Assembly: GCA_963809285.1 (NCBI GenBank)
Contig: CAWEIY010000002.1
Span: forward strand, 494,033-526,032
Length of the DNA stretch: 32,000 bases
DNA from: an uncultured Actinomycetota bacterium
GTDB taxonomy: Bacteria; Actinomycetota; Actinomycetes; Mycobacteriales; Mycobacteriaceae
Direction: 5' to 3'
The notes under the pieces were generated by a model that saw nothing but the letters and a program-made list of their open reading frames with translations, ran no database searches and was not told where the DNA came from. A program made the translations under genes and the position numbers. This document shows positions 15,205-25,535 of the stretch, piece after piece; the first letter of the stretch is position 1, and the number at the start of each line of letters is the position of its first letter.

Positions 15205-16713
15205 ATGACACCAACCCCCCGGGAAGCCGACTACTTCGACGTCATCATCGTCGGCGCCGGCATCTCCGGCATTGGCGCGGCCTACCGGATCACGGAGCGC
15301 AACCCGCAGTTGACCTACACCATTCTGGAGCGGCGCGCGCAGATCGGCGGTACCTGGGACTTGTTCCGCTACCCCGGTGTTCGCTCGGACAGCACCATCT
15401 TCACGCTGTCTTTTCCGTTCGAGCCGTGGACCCGGAGAGAAGGGGTCGCCGACGGCGTCCACATCCGCGAATACCTGACCGCCACCGCGCACAAGTACGG
15501 CATCGACCGTCACATCCAGTTCGAGAGCCACGTCCGCTCGGCGGATTGGGATTCGTCCACCGACACGTGGACCGTCACCGTCGAACAAGACGGCGCCAGC
15601 AAGCTTTACCGCGGCCGGTTCGTGTTCTTCGGCAGCGGTTACTACAACTACGACGAGGGCTACACCCCCGACTTCCCCGGCATCGAACGTTTTGGCGGCA
15701 CCGTCATACATCCCCAGCACTGGCCGGAAGACCTGGACCACGCCGGCAAGAAGATCGTGGTGATCGGCAGTGGAGCCACGGCGATCACGCTGATCCCGTC
15801 GCTGACCGACCGCGCCGAAAAGGTCACCATGCTGCAACGTTCGCCGACCTACATCCTTTCGGCGTCCAAATACGGCGCCCTCTCCGCTGTGGCTCGTAAA
15901 GTGTTGCCCCGCAGAGCTTCCCACTTAGTCATTCGGATGTACTACGCACTAGTGGAGGCGGTGCTCTGGTTCTTTTCCCGCAAGGCCCCGGGGTTAGTCA
16001 AATGGCTGCTGAGGCGCACCGCGATCAACAACTTGCCCGACGGCTACGACGTCGACACCCACTTCAAGCCGCGGTATAACCCGTGGGACCAGCGGATGTG
16101 TTTGATCCCCGACGCCGATCTCTACACCGCGATCACCGCGGGCCGCGCCGAGGTGGTCACCGATCACATCGATCATGTCGACGCCGCCGGCATCGCGCTC
16201 AAATCCGGCGGACACCTCGACGCCGACATCATCGTCACCGCCACCGGGCTACAGCTGCAGGCGCTCGGCGGCGCGGCGATCAGCCTGGACGGCGCCGAGG
16301 TCAAGCCGCAGGACCGCTTCGTCTATAAGGCGCACATGCTCGAAGACGTGCCCAACCTGTTCTGGTGCGTGGGCTACACCAACGCGTCGTGGACGCTGCG
16401 CGCCGACATCACCGCCCGGGCAACGGCAAAACTGCTGGCGCACATGGCTTCTCATGGCTACACCCACGCCTACCCACACCTGGGCGACCGACCAATGGCC
16501 GAAAAACCGTCCTGGGACATTCAGGCCAACTATGTGAAGCGGGCGTTGCACGCACTGCCCAAGTCCGGCACCAAGCGGCCGTGGAACGTACGGCAGAACT
16601 ATCTCGCCGACGCCATCGACTTCCGGTTCGACCGCATCGAGGAGGCGATGGTGTTCGGCGGTGCCGGCGACCACTCGGGTGAACCGCTACAAAATGCGCG
16701 GTTACGGCAATAG
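15205..16713 (+). CDS. flavin-containing / Baeyer-Villiger-type monooxygenase
   Basis: 502 aa with an FAD motif (IIVGAGISGIGAA), an FMO/BVMO fingerprint region (FGGTVIHPQHWPED) and a second Rossmann motif (VVIGSGATA). Position and sequence resemble Rv0565c. Confidence 0.9.
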   Translation: MTPTPREADYFDVIIVGAGISGIGAAYRITERNPQLTYTILERRAQIGGTWDLFRYPGVRSDSTIFTLSFPFEPWTRREGVADGVHIREYLTATAHKYGIDRHIQFESHVRSADWDSSTDTWTVTVEQDGASKLYRGRFVFFGSGYYNYDEGYTPDFPGIERFGGTVIHPQHWPEDLDHAGKKIVVIGSGATAITLIPSLTDRAEKVTMLQRSPTYILSASKYGALSAVARKVLPRRASHLVIRMYYALVEAVLWFFSRKAPGLVKWLLRRTAINNLPDGYDVDTHFKPRYNPWDQRMCLIPDADLYTAITAGRAEVVTDHIDHVDAAGIALKSGGHLDADIIVTATGLQLQALGGAAISLDGAEVKPQDRFVYKAHMLEDVPNLFWCVGYTNASWTLRADITARATAKLLAHMASHGYTHAYPHLGDRPMAEKPSWDIQANYVKRALHALPKSGTKRPWNVRQNYLADAIDFRFDRIEEAMVFGGAGDHSGEPLQNARLRQ

Positions 16714-16723
16714 GCTGATCCCC

Positions 16724-17749
16724 ATGACAGCTGCGAAGCGCGAACCCAATGTCGTTGTCCTCGGTGGCGGTTCCTGGGGGACCACAGTGGCGTCAATCTG
16801 TGCGCGCCGCGGACCGACGCTGCAATGGGTGCGCTCCGAGGCGACCGCCAAGGACATCAACGACAATCACCGCAACAGCCGCTACCTCGGCAATGACGTC
16901 GACCTGAGCCTCACCCTGCGCGCCACCACCGACTTCGCCGAGGCCGCCAACTGCGCCGACGTCGTGGTCATGGGCGTGCCGTCCCACGGTTTCCGGGGCG
17001 TGCTCACCGAGCTGACCAAAGAACTGAGGCCGTGGGTGCCGGTCGTGTCACTGGTCAAGGGGCTCGAGCAGGGCACCAACATGCGGATGTCGCAGATCGT
17101 CGAGGAGGTACTGCCCGGCCATCCGGCGGGCATCCTGGCCGGCCCGAACATCGCGCGCGAGGTGGCCGAGGGGTATGCCGCCGCGGCGGTGCTGGCAATG
17201 CCCGACCAGCATCTGGCCACCCGGTTGGCCGCGTTGTTCCGCACCCGGCGGTTCCGCGTGTACACCACCGACGACGTCATCGGGGCGGAGATGGCCGGAG
17301 CACTGAAGAACGTCTTCGCCATCGCGGTCGGGATGGGTTACTCGCTGGGCATTGGTGAAAACACGCGCGCACTGGTGATCGCGCGCGCATTGCGCGAGAT
17401 GACGAAGCTCGGCGTGGCATTGGGCGGAAACCCTGACACCTTCCCCGGGCTGGCCGGCCTGGGCGATCTCATCGTCACCTGCACCAGCCAACGTAGCCGA
17501 AACCGCCACGTCGGTGAGCAACTCGGCGCCGGTAAACCGATTGACGAGATCATCGCATCGATGAATCAGGTCGCCGAGGGCGTGAAGGCCGCCAGCGTGA
17601 TCATGGAGTTTGCCAACGAATTCGGCCTGAACATGCCGATCGCCCGCGAGGTCGACGGGGTGATCAACCACGGCTCGTCGGTCGAGCAGGCCTACGAGGG
17701 CCTGGTCGCCGAGGTCCCCGGACACGAGGTCCACGGCTCGGGGTTCTGA
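16724..17749 (+). CDS. gpsA: NAD(P)H-dependent glycerol-3-phosphate dehydrogenase
   Basis: I prefer the ATG at 16724 (MTAAKREPNVVVLGGGSWGTTVA), giving 341 aa. The Rossmann GxGxxG is present, together with conserved GpsA segments (GPNIAREVA, ALKNVFAIAVG, NRHVGEQLG). Confidence 0.9.
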   Translation: MTAAKREPNVVVLGGGSWGTTVASICARRGPTLQWVRSEATAKDINDNHRNSRYLGNDVDLSLTLRATTDFAEAANCADVVVMGVPSHGFRGVLTELTKELRPWVPVVSLVKGLEQGTNMRMSQIVEEVLPGHPAGILAGPNIAREVAEGYAAAAVLAMPDQHLATRLAALFRTRRFRVYTTDDVIGAEMAGALKNVFAIAVGMGYSLGIGENTRALVIARALREMTKLGVALGGNPDTFPGLAGLGDLIVTCTSQRSRNRHVGEQLGAGKPIDEIIASMNQVAEGVKAASVIMEFANEFGLNMPIAREVDGVINHGSSVEQAYEGLVAEVPGHEVHGSGF

Positions 17750-17942
17750 CTCAGCAAGCCGGCCGCGCGTAACGAAAAGATTTGCATTCGCTATGCTTAC
17801 GGCTCTTCAGCTTGACCGCGCATTGCCGCCCACCTACCGTCTAACGAGGTAGCCAGGCTTCTGCCTGCGGACTGGCGCGACTGTAATCGTTTGTGCGCCA
17901 ACAAGCTACGCCCCCACCACCACCTAACGAGGGAACTGACCG

Positions 17943-19439
17943 ATGCATCGGATACGAGCGGCTATCCGGCACGACTTGCCTTCGTCGCTCGTGGTTTTCC
18001 TGGTCGCACTTCCTTTGTCGGTGGGAATCGCGATCGCTTCGAACGCACCGGTGCTCGCCGGCCTGATCGCCGCGATCGTCGGAGGAATCATCGCCGGAGC
18101 ATTGGGCGGATCGCCGCTGCAGGTCAGTGGCCCCGCGGCCGGCCTGACGGTCGTCGTCGCCGAGCTCGTCTCCGATTTCGGTTGGGGAATAACGTGTTTA
18201 ATCACCGTTGCCGCCGGTGTGCTACAGGTTCTGTTGGGGCTCAGCCGAGTTGCGCGCGCCGCACTGGCGATCTCACCCGTTGTCGTCCACGCCATGCTGG
18301 CCGGCATCGGGATCACGATCGCACTGCAACAGTCGCACGTATTGCTGGGCGGGAAGTCCAAAAGCACGGCCTGGCACAACCTCATTGGCCTGCCCGGGCA
18401 GATCGTCGGTGCGCACCGGCCCGGGGTTCTCTTGGGCGTCCTGGTGATCGCCATCCTGATCACCTGGCGGTGGGTTCCGGCCAAAATACGCCGGGTGCCG
18501 GGACCGCTGGTCGCCATCGTGGTTGTGACGGTGATCTCGATCGCCTTCCCGTTCAACGTGAGGCGGATCGATCTCGACGGGTCGCCGCTGGATGCGCTGC
18601 AATTGCCGGACCTTCCCCACGGTGACTGGGGCGCGATCGGGATCGGCGTCATCACCGTCGCGCTCATCGCCAGCGTGGAGAGCCTGCTGTCGGCGGTTTC
18701 CGTCGACAGGATGCATCACGGCCCGCGCACCGACTTCGACCGCGAGCTGATCGGACAGGGGGTCGCAAACGTCGTGTCGGGGACCGTTGGCGGGCTGCCG
18801 ATCACCGGTGTGATCGTGCGCAGCTCAACCAATGTCGACGCGGGCGCGAAATCACGCGCCTCGGCGATACTGCACGGCGTCTGGATCCTGCTGTTCACGG
18901 TTCCATTCGCGGAGTTGGTCGAAGAGATCCCGACCGCCGCCCTTGCCGGCCTGCTCATCGTCATCGGAATTCAGCTGCTCAAGCCCGCGCACATCGAAAC
19001 CGCAATGAAGCACGGGGATCTCGCCGTCTACGTGGTAACCGCGGCCAGCGTCATCTTCCTCAATCTGTTGCACGGCGTGATGATCGGGCTCGCTCTGGCC
19101 ATCGTGTTGACCGGATGGCGGGTGATTCGGCCCCGGGTCGAGGCCAAGCCGGTCGGTGACCAATGGCAGGTGGTTGTCGAGGGGGCGGCATGCACGTTTC
19201 TCACTCTGCCCCGGCTGACGCGGGTGCTGGCGTCCGTGCCTTCCGGAACGGTTGTCGTCGTGGACATTTCGGTCCACTACATCGATCACGCCGCGCATCA
19301 GGCGATCACCGACTGGCAGCGCCAGTACGAGGCGACGGGGGGCACGGTTAGGCTCCGTGGGATGCCCGAGACGGGCCACCTCGCCGGTAGGCGCCCCCGT
19401 GACTTAATCGAGCGCGAAAGGCCCGAGGCCGCTGCTTGA
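17943..19439 (+). CDS. SulP-family anion transporter with C-terminal STAS domain
   Basis: 498 aa. The N-terminus LPSSLVVFLVALPLSVGIAIASNAPVLAGLIAAIVGGIIAGALGGSPLQVSGPAAG is typical of SulP. There are multiple TM segments and a STAS-like tail. Confidence 0.9.
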   Translation: MHRIRAAIRHDLPSSLVVFLVALPLSVGIAIASNAPVLAGLIAAIVGGIIAGALGGSPLQVSGPAAGLTVVVAELVSDFGWGITCLITVAAGVLQVLLGLSRVARAALAISPVVVHAMLAGIGITIALQQSHVLLGGKSKSTAWHNLIGLPGQIVGAHRPGVLLGVLVIAILITWRWVPAKIRRVPGPLVAIVVVTVISIAFPFNVRRIDLDGSPLDALQLPDLPHGDWGAIGIGVITVALIASVESLLSAVSVDRMHHGPRTDFDRELIGQGVANVVSGTVGGLPITGVIVRSSTNVDAGAKSRASAILHGVWILLFTVPFAELVEEIPTAALAGLLIVIGIQLLKPAHIETAMKHGDLAVYVVTAASVIFLNLLHGVMIGLALAIVLTGWRVIRPRVEAKPVGDQWQVVVEGAACTFLTLPRLTRVLASVPSGTVVVVDISVHYIDHAAHQAITDWQRQYEATGGTVRLRGMPETGHLAGRRPRDLIERERPEAAA

Positions 19440-19458
19440 TTGGTCGCCGCCGCGGCTA

Positions 19459-20313
19459 TCACCCCCGCGCCATCGCCTCCAGCCGGCGGATCCGGTCTTC
19501 GATCGGCGGGTGCGTCGAGAACATCGAGCCCATCCGCTCGCCCGCGCGGAACGGGTTGGCGATCATCAGGTGCGCCTGGCTGGCCAGCTGGGGCTCGGGT
19601 GGCAGCGGGGCCGCCTGCACCCCACCGGAAATCTTGCGCAGCGCCGACGCCAACGCCAGCGGGTCGCCGGTCAGCAGGGCGCCCGACTCGTCCGCCTGGT
19701 ACTCGCGCGACCGTGACACCGCAAGCTTCACCACCGTCGCGGCAATCGGGCCGAGCAGCGCAACCAGCAGCAGCGCAAGGGGATCGCCGCCCTGACGGTC
19801 GCCGCCGCGGAGGAACATCGCGATGTAGGACAGCGCGGTGATCACCGACGCCAGCGCGCCGGCAATGCAGGAGATCAGGATGTCGCGGTTGTACACGTGC
19901 GAAAGCTCGTGTCCCAGCACCGCGCGCAACTCGCGCTCGTCGAGGATCTCAAGGATGCCCCTGGTGCAGCACACCGCCGCGTTGCGCGGGTTGCGGCCGG
20001 TGGCGAACGCATTGGGCGCGTTGGTGTCGCTGATGAACAGCCTGGGCATTGGCTGGTGTGCGGTGGTGGCCAGTTCGCGCACGATCCGATACATCGCCGG
20101 CGCCTGTACCTCGGAAACCGGCACCGCGTGCATCGCCCGCAGCGCCATCTTGTCGCTGTTGAAGTAGACGTAGACGTTCATGCCGACAGCGAAAAGCACC
20201 GCCAAAAACAGCGCCGTCCTGCCGAACAGTGCCCCGATAAACACGATCAACGTGGACATACCGACCAACAGGGCGAAGGTCTTCAACCTGTTGGCCTGCG
20301 GATGCCAGGTCAT
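19459..20313 (-). CDS. htpX: HtpX heat-shock membrane protease (M48B)
   Basis: 284 aa with the HEXXH motif ([12 protein letters not shown]) and four TM segments. An AGGAGGA Shine-Dalgarno sequence precedes the ATG. It closely resembles Mtb HtpX (Rv0563). Confidence 0.92.
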   Translation of the reverse strand: MTWHPQANRLKTFALLVGMSTLIVFIGALFGRTALFLAVLFAVGMNVYVYFNSDKMALRAMHAVPVSEVQAPAMYRIVRELATTAHQPMPRLFISDTNAPNAFATGRNPRNAAVCCTRGILEILDERELRAVLGHELSHVYNRDILISCIAGALASVITALSYIAMFLRGGDRQGGDPLALLLVALLGPIAATVVKLAVSRSREYQADESGALLTGDPLALASALRKISGGVQAAPLPPEPQLASQAHLMIANPFRAGERMGSMFSTHPPIEDRIRRLEAMARG

Positions 20314-20407
20314 CAGTGTCCTCCTACGAACACTCGTTTATTGCTCACTACAACCAATTGAACGCCCGGGATGACCTTCCGGGTTCCGTGACCCGCCGCA
20401 ATCAGCT

Positions 20408-21415
20408 CTAGCCGTGCCGGCTGACCGTGTAGTCGACCAGCGTCTCCAACGCCTGCCGGCCGGGGACGTCGGGCAAAAAGCCCAGCTCCTGGCGTGCTTG
20501 CTCCGCATACTGCGTCAGGAAGTGCTTGGCCTTGGCCATCCCGGGCGACGCCCGCAACAGCGTCAGCGCCTCGGCCACCACCTCGTCGTCGTCGATGGGT
20601 CCGGCCAGCACCTCGCGCAGCCGCGCCGCCTCGGGCCCGGGCTCCCGCAACGCGTAGACCATCGGCAGGGTGTGCACCCCTTCGCGCACATCGGTACCGG
20701 GTAGCTTGCCGGAGTCGCGGGAGTCACTGTCAATATCGATGATGTCGTCGGAGATCTGAAAAGCGGTGCCGACGATGCCGCCAAGGCGCCGTAGCCGCTC
20801 GACCTGATCGCCGTCGGCGCCCGAGAACATCGCGCCGAATTCGCCCGCCGCGGAGATCAGGCACGCCGTCTTCTCGTACACCACCTTCAGGTAGTGCTCG
20901 ACCGGATCCGCCCCATCGGCGGCGCCCCGGGTCTCGCGCATCTGCCCGGTCACCAGTTGGGCGAATGTCTCGGCAATAAGCCGCACCGCCTCCGGTCCCA
21001 GCCGCGACACCAACCGCGACGCCGTGGCGAACAGGTAGTCGCCGGCCAGGATGGCGACGTTGTTGCCCCAGCGCACGTTGGCGGTGGGCGTGCCGCGACG
21101 GACCTCCGCCTCGTCCATCACGTCATCGTGGTAGAGCGTGGCCAGGTGCACGAGTTCGATGACCGCGCCGGCGATCGTCACCTCCGCGGCGTCGGGGTTG
21201 GGTCCGATCTGCGCGGACAACACGGTGAAAAGCGGCCGGAACCGCTTACCGCCGGCCTTGAACAGGTGCGTCAGTGAGTCGGTCATCACCGCGTCCGCGC
21301 TGCGCAGCTCGGTGTCCATGAGCTGCTCGATCCGCTCGACACCGTCGCGCACGGTCGTGGCGAACCCGGCATCTCCGAAGTCGAATCCCGCAACCACCGT
21401 CGCCGGAGTACTCAC
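20408..21415 (-). CDS. grcC1: polyprenyl diphosphate synthase (GrcC1-like)
   Basis: A GTG start at 21415 gives 335 aa (VSTPATVVAGFDFGD...). DDxxD motifs are present (LYHDDVMDE, FQISDDIIDI). The 691-aa track ORF is an artefactual upstream extension. Confidence 0.9.
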   Translation of the reverse strand: MSTPATVVAGFDFGDAGFATTVRDGVERIEQLMDTELRSADAVMTDSLTHLFKAGGKRFRPLFTVLSAQIGPNPDAAEVTIAGAVIELVHLATLYHDDVMDEAEVRRGTPTANVRWGNNVAILAGDYLFATASRLVSRLGPEAVRLIAETFAQLVTGQMRETRGAADGADPVEHYLKVVYEKTACLISAAGEFGAMFSGADGDQVERLRRLGGIVGTAFQISDDIIDIDSDSRDSGKLPGTDVREGVHTLPMVYALREPGPEAARLREVLAGPIDDDEVVAEALTLLRASPGMAKAKHFLTQYAEQARQELGFLPDVPGRQALETLVDYTVSRHG

Positions 21416-21430
21416 CCGACCAACATACTG

Positions 21431-22657
21431 GTGAGCGTGGAGCTGGGAGCCGAAGTGGTGGTCGTGGGCGCCGGACCTGCCGGTTCGGCGGCGGCCGCCT
21501 GGGCCGCCCGCGCGGGTGGCGACGTGCTCGTCATCGACTCCGCCAGCTTCCCCCGCGACAAGGCGTGCGGCGACGGGCTGACACCGCGCGCGGTCGCCGA
21601 GCTGGAACTGCTGGGGCTGGGCGACTGGCTCGATACCCGCATCCGGCACCGGGGCCTCCGGATGAGCGGATTCGGCGGCGAGGTGGAGGTCGACTGGCCC
21701 GGCCCGTCCTTCCCGTCGACCGGCAGCGCCGTGGCCCGCCTCGAGTTGGACGACCGGATCCGCAAATGCGCCGAGGACTCCGGGGCTCGGATGCTGCTGG
21801 GGACCAAAGCCGTTGCCGTGCACCATGACTCGTCGAGACGGGTGGTTTCGCTCACGTTGGCCGACGGGACCGAGGTCCGCTGCGGCCGGCTGATCGTTGC
21901 CGACGGGGCCCGGTCGTCGCTGGGCCGCAAGCTGGGCCGGCGCTGGCACCAAGAGACGGTCTACGGCGTCGCCGCCCGCGGATATCTCACCACTGAGCGC
22001 GGCGACGACCCGTGGCTGACGTCGCATCTGGAACTGCGGTCCCCCGACGGCGCGGTACTGCCGGGCTACGGCTGGATCTTCCCGTTGGGCAACGGCGAGG
22101 TGAACATCGGCGTGGGAGCGTTGTCGACGTCCAAACGGCCCGCCGACCTGTCGCTGCGGCCACTGATCTCGTACTACACCGACCTGCGCCGCGACGAGTG
22201 GGGCTTCACCGGCGAGCCGCGGGCCGTGGCGTCGGCGCTGCTGCCCATGGGCGGCGCGGTCTCCGGGGTGGCCGGACCCAACTGGATGCTGATCGGCGAT
22301 GCCGCCGCCTGCGTCAACCCGCTGAACGGCGAAGGCATCGACTACGGCCTCGAGACCGGCCGGCTGGCCGCCGAGCTGCTGGACGGCCGCGACCTGTCGC
22401 ACGCGTGGCCCTCGCTGTTGCAGCACCACTACGGACGCGGGTTTTCGGTCGCCCGCAGGCTGGCGTTGTTGCTGACCTTCCAACGGTTCCTGCCCACCAC
22501 CGGGCCGATCGCGATGCGCTCCACGACGCTCATGACCATCGCGGTGCGGGTGATGGCCAATCTGGTCACCGACGACGATGCCGACTGGGTGGCGCGGGCC
22601 TGGCGGGGCGGTGGGCGGTTGTCCCGGCTGATCGATCGCCGAAAACCGTTTAGCTGA
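21431..22657 (+). CDS. menJ: geranylgeranyl-reductase-family flavoprotein (menaquinone side-chain reductase MenJ-like)
   Basis: 408 aa with an FAD motif (VVVVGAGPAGSAAA). It is near-collinear with my recollection of Mtb Rv0561c across its whole length. Confidence 0.9.
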   Translation: MSVELGAEVVVVGAGPAGSAAAAWAARAGGDVLVIDSASFPRDKACGDGLTPRAVAELELLGLGDWLDTRIRHRGLRMSGFGGEVEVDWPGPSFPSTGSAVARLELDDRIRKCAEDSGARMLLGTKAVAVHHDSSRRVVSLTLADGTEVRCGRLIVADGARSSLGRKLGRRWHQETVYGVAARGYLTTERGDDPWLTSHLELRSPDGAVLPGYGWIFPLGNGEVNIGVGALSTSKRPADLSLRPLISYYTDLRRDEWGFTGEPRAVASALLPMGGAVSGVAGPNWMLIGDAAACVNPLNGEGIDYGLETGRLAAELLDGRDLSHAWPSLLQHHYGRGFSVARRLALLLTFQRFLPTTGPIAMRSTTLMTIAVRVMANLVTDDDADWVARAWRGGGRLSRLIDRRKPFS

Positions 22658-22846
22658 AATCGTTTTGCGACCCGGTGCGGGCCACCGAGACTGCGGCCAG
22701 CGCTACAGGATGGCCAGCGGGCCCACTCTGGGCGCAGTCTCGATGTCCTCAACGCAGACTCGGCAACGGACGCCCCGGGCAAGCACGGTTCAGCGGCGCA
22801 GATGGTCCACACGCTTCAGCGGCCCTAACGGTCCGTATCAATTTCG

Positions 22847-22875
22847 TTGACATATATCAAGGTGCTTGATATACC
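22847..22875 (+). promoter_or_regulatory. predicted sigma-A-type promoter driving a leaderless methyltransferase mRNA
   Basis: TTGACA (22847-22852), a 17-bp spacer, then an extended -10 TGaTATACC (22867-22875). The predicted +1 falls 7 nt after the -10, on the A of the ATG at 22882. Confidence 0.5.
22853..22873. promoter_or_regulatory. perfect 9-bp inverted repeat (candidate operator)
   Basis: TATATCAAG-gtg-CTTGATATA occupies the promoter spacer and overlaps the -10 element. Confidence 0.5.
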
Positions 22876-22878
22876 TAG

Positions 22879-23556
<678 letters not shown>

Positions 23557-23572
23557 GTGTATAGTCCAGCTA

Positions 23573-23938
23573 ATGAACGCTATGAGGCTGGCTATTATCG
23601 GCGCACTGGCTGGCGCGGCCATCGCACTGGCCGCGCCGGCACAGGCCGATCCGATACCGAGCACGCCGTCGCCGCCCACCGACTTCGACGCGCCATTCAA
23701 GAACACGGTCAACGGCTTCGGCATCTATGGTCCTCAGGACCAGCTCGCCTGGATGGGCAAGATCAGCTGTGATCGGATCAACAGGGGCGTGGACACCGAC
23801 CCGTACAAGTCGGCCAACTTCATCCAGAAAAACCTGGCGCGGGGCACGACCCAGGGTCAGGCGTTCCAATTCCTGGGCGCCGCGATCGACCACTACTGCC
23901 CCAACCAGGTCGGTTTCATCCAGGGCGCCGGCCACTAG
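23573..23938 (+). CDS. secreted DUF732-like protein (Rv0559c-like)
   Basis: 121 aa from the ATG at 23573. A signal peptide ends in AAPAQADP, followed by a mature domain with two Cys (KISCDRI...DHYCP) typical of DUF732. Confidence 0.8.
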   Translation: MNAMRLAIIGALAGAAIALAAPAQADPIPSTPSPPTDFDAPFKNTVNGFGIYGPQDQLAWMGKISCDRINRGVDTDPYKSANFIQKNLARGTTQGQAFQFLGAAIDHYCPNQVGFIQGAGH

Positions 23939-23945
23939 GCCCTCG

Positions 23946-24647
23946 TCAGTCGGCTTGTCCAAGCGGCTTGTAGCCCGCGTGCAGGGCCACGATGCCGCCG
24001 GTTAGGTTGCGCCATCGCACCGCCGACCACCCGGCCGCTGAAATCTGGTGCGCCAGCGTGGCCTGGTCGGGCCAGGCCCTGATCGACTCGGCGAGATACA
24101 CGTAGGCCTCGGGGTTGCTGGACACCGCCCGCGCCACCCGCGGCAGCGCCCGCATCAGGTACTCCTTATAGACGGTGGCGAACGGCGCACTGGTGGGGGT
24201 GGAGAATTCGCACACCACCAACCGGCCGCCGGGTCGGGTGACGCGGAGCATCTCGCGCAGCGCCGCCTGCTGGTCGACCACGTTGCGCAATCCGAAACTG
24301 ATGGTGACCGCGTCGAATACGCCGTCGCCAAACGGCAGCTTGGTCGCGTCACCGGCGACTTTCGGCACCCTGCGACGAGTTCCTGCCGCCAGCATCCCGA
24401 CCGAAAAATCGGCCGCCACACACCATGCCCCGGACTTCCCCAATTCCACGGTGGACACCGCGGTGCCCGCGGCCAGGTCCAGCACCTTCTGACCGGGCCC
24501 GATGCCCAGCGCCGACCGGGTGGCTCGTCGCCAGTGGCGGTCCTGACCCAGCGACAGCACGGTGTTGGTCACGTCATACCGGCGGGCGACGCCGTCGAAC
24601 ATCGACGCGACGTCCCGGGGGTCCTTGTCCAAGGCCGCGCGACTCAC
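23946..24647 (-). CDS. menG: demethylmenaquinone methyltransferase (MenG/UbiE; annotated menH in Mtb)
   Basis: A GTG start at 24647 gives 233 aa ([41 protein letters not shown]...). It has a SAM motif ([10 protein letters not shown]) and is almost collinear with Mtb Rv0558 as I recall it. Confidence 0.92.
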   Translation of the reverse strand: MSRAALDKDPRDVASMFDGVARRYDVTNTVLSLGQDRHWRRATRSALGIGPGQKVLDLAAGTAVSTVELGKSGAWCVAADFSVGMLAAGTRRRVPKVAGDATKLPFGDGVFDAVTISFGLRNVVDQQAALREMLRVTRPGGRLVVCEFSTPTSAPFATVYKEYLMRALPRVARAVSSNPEAYVYLAESIRAWPDQATLAHQISAAGWSAVRWRNLTGGIVALHAGYKPLGQAD

Positions 24648-24701
24648 GACTCGACGGTACCGCGCGGGAATGGGACGCCGACGCACGCGTTGTAGCAGTG
24701 C

Positions 24702-25526
24702 GTGACTGAAAAAGTTTGGTTTATCACGGGTACATCGCGCGGCTTCGGACGGGAATGGGCGATAGCCGCGTTGGAGCGGGGCGACAAGGTCGCCGCCACG
24801 GCGCGCGACACGGCGACGCTGGACGACTTGGTGGACAAGTACGGCGAGGCGCTGCTGCCGATTCGGTTGGACGTCACCGACCGCGACGCCGACTTCGCGG
24901 CGGTCAAGCAGGCGCACGATCATTTCGGGCGCCTGGACATCGTGGTGAACAACGCCGGGTACGGCCAGTTCGGGTTCGTCGAAGAGCTGTCCGAGCAAGA
25001 GGCACGGGATCAGATCGAGACCAATGTGTTCGGCGCCCTATGGATCACCCAGGCCGCGTTGCCCTATCTGCGCGAGCAGCGCAGCGGGCACATCATCCAG
25101 GTGTCCTCCATCGGGGGCATCACCGCGTTTCCGTTGGTCGGCATATACCACGCCTCGAAGTGGGCGCTGGAGGGCTTCTCGCAGGCGCTGGCTTCCGAAG
25201 TCGCGCCGTTCGGTGTGCACGTCACATTGATCGAACCCGGCGGCTTCGACACCGACTGGGCCGGCCCGTCGGCCAAGCACGCCGATCCCCTGCCCGCATA
25301 CGGCGAGGTTCGTGCCGCGGTCGAGGCCGAGCGCCGTACCCGGTGGGCCAGCCCGGGCGATCCGTCCGCGTCGGCGGCCGCGCTGCTCAAGGTGGTCGAC
25401 GCCAAAGAGCCGCCGCTGCGGGTGTTCTTCGGCGCTTCCCCGCTACAGACGGCCAAGGCCGACTACGAAAGCCGGTTGCGCAATTGGGAACAATGGCAGC
25501 CAGTGGCTGAGCTGGCCCAGGGCTAG
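24702..25526 (+). CDS. short-chain dehydrogenase/reductase
   Basis: 274 aa with GTG start and the motifs [13 protein letters not shown] and [10 protein letters not shown] (YxxxK). Confidence 0.88.
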   Translation: MTEKVWFITGTSRGFGREWAIAALERGDKVAATARDTATLDDLVDKYGEALLPIRLDVTDRDADFAAVKQAHDHFGRLDIVVNNAGYGQFGFVEELSEQEARDQIETNVFGALWITQAALPYLREQRSGHIIQVSSIGGITAFPLVGIYHASKWALEGFSQALASEVAPFGVHVTLIEPGGFDTDWAGPSAKHADPLPAYGEVRAAVEAERRTRWASPGDPSASAAALLKVVDAKEPPLRVFFGASPLQTAKADYESRLRNWEQWQPVAELAQG

Positions 25527-25535
25527 CCCAAAGGG

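Noticed and set aside
15079-15924. 281-aa minus-strand ORF
   Set aside because: It lies antisense to the monooxygenase, which has clear FAD and NADPH motifs, and it shows no motifs of its own.
17750-17942. Possible riboswitch or leader upstream of the SulP gene (repeated CTAACGAGG strings, small CAGGC/GCCTG hairpin)
   Set aside because: I could not match it to any riboswitch class by eye, and the structures are short. It is left unannotated.
20408-22483. 691-aa ORF suggesting a giant prenyl synthase
   Set aside because: Only the C-terminal 335 aa (from the GTG at 21415) look like GrcC1. The upstream 356 aa are Arg/Gly/Pro-rich and lie antisense to the well-supported menJ gene.
23946-24998. 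350-aa version of the menG ORF
   Set aside because: Homology to MenG/UbiE begins at VSRAALDK (GTG at 24647). The extension lies antisense to the SDR gene at 24702-25526.
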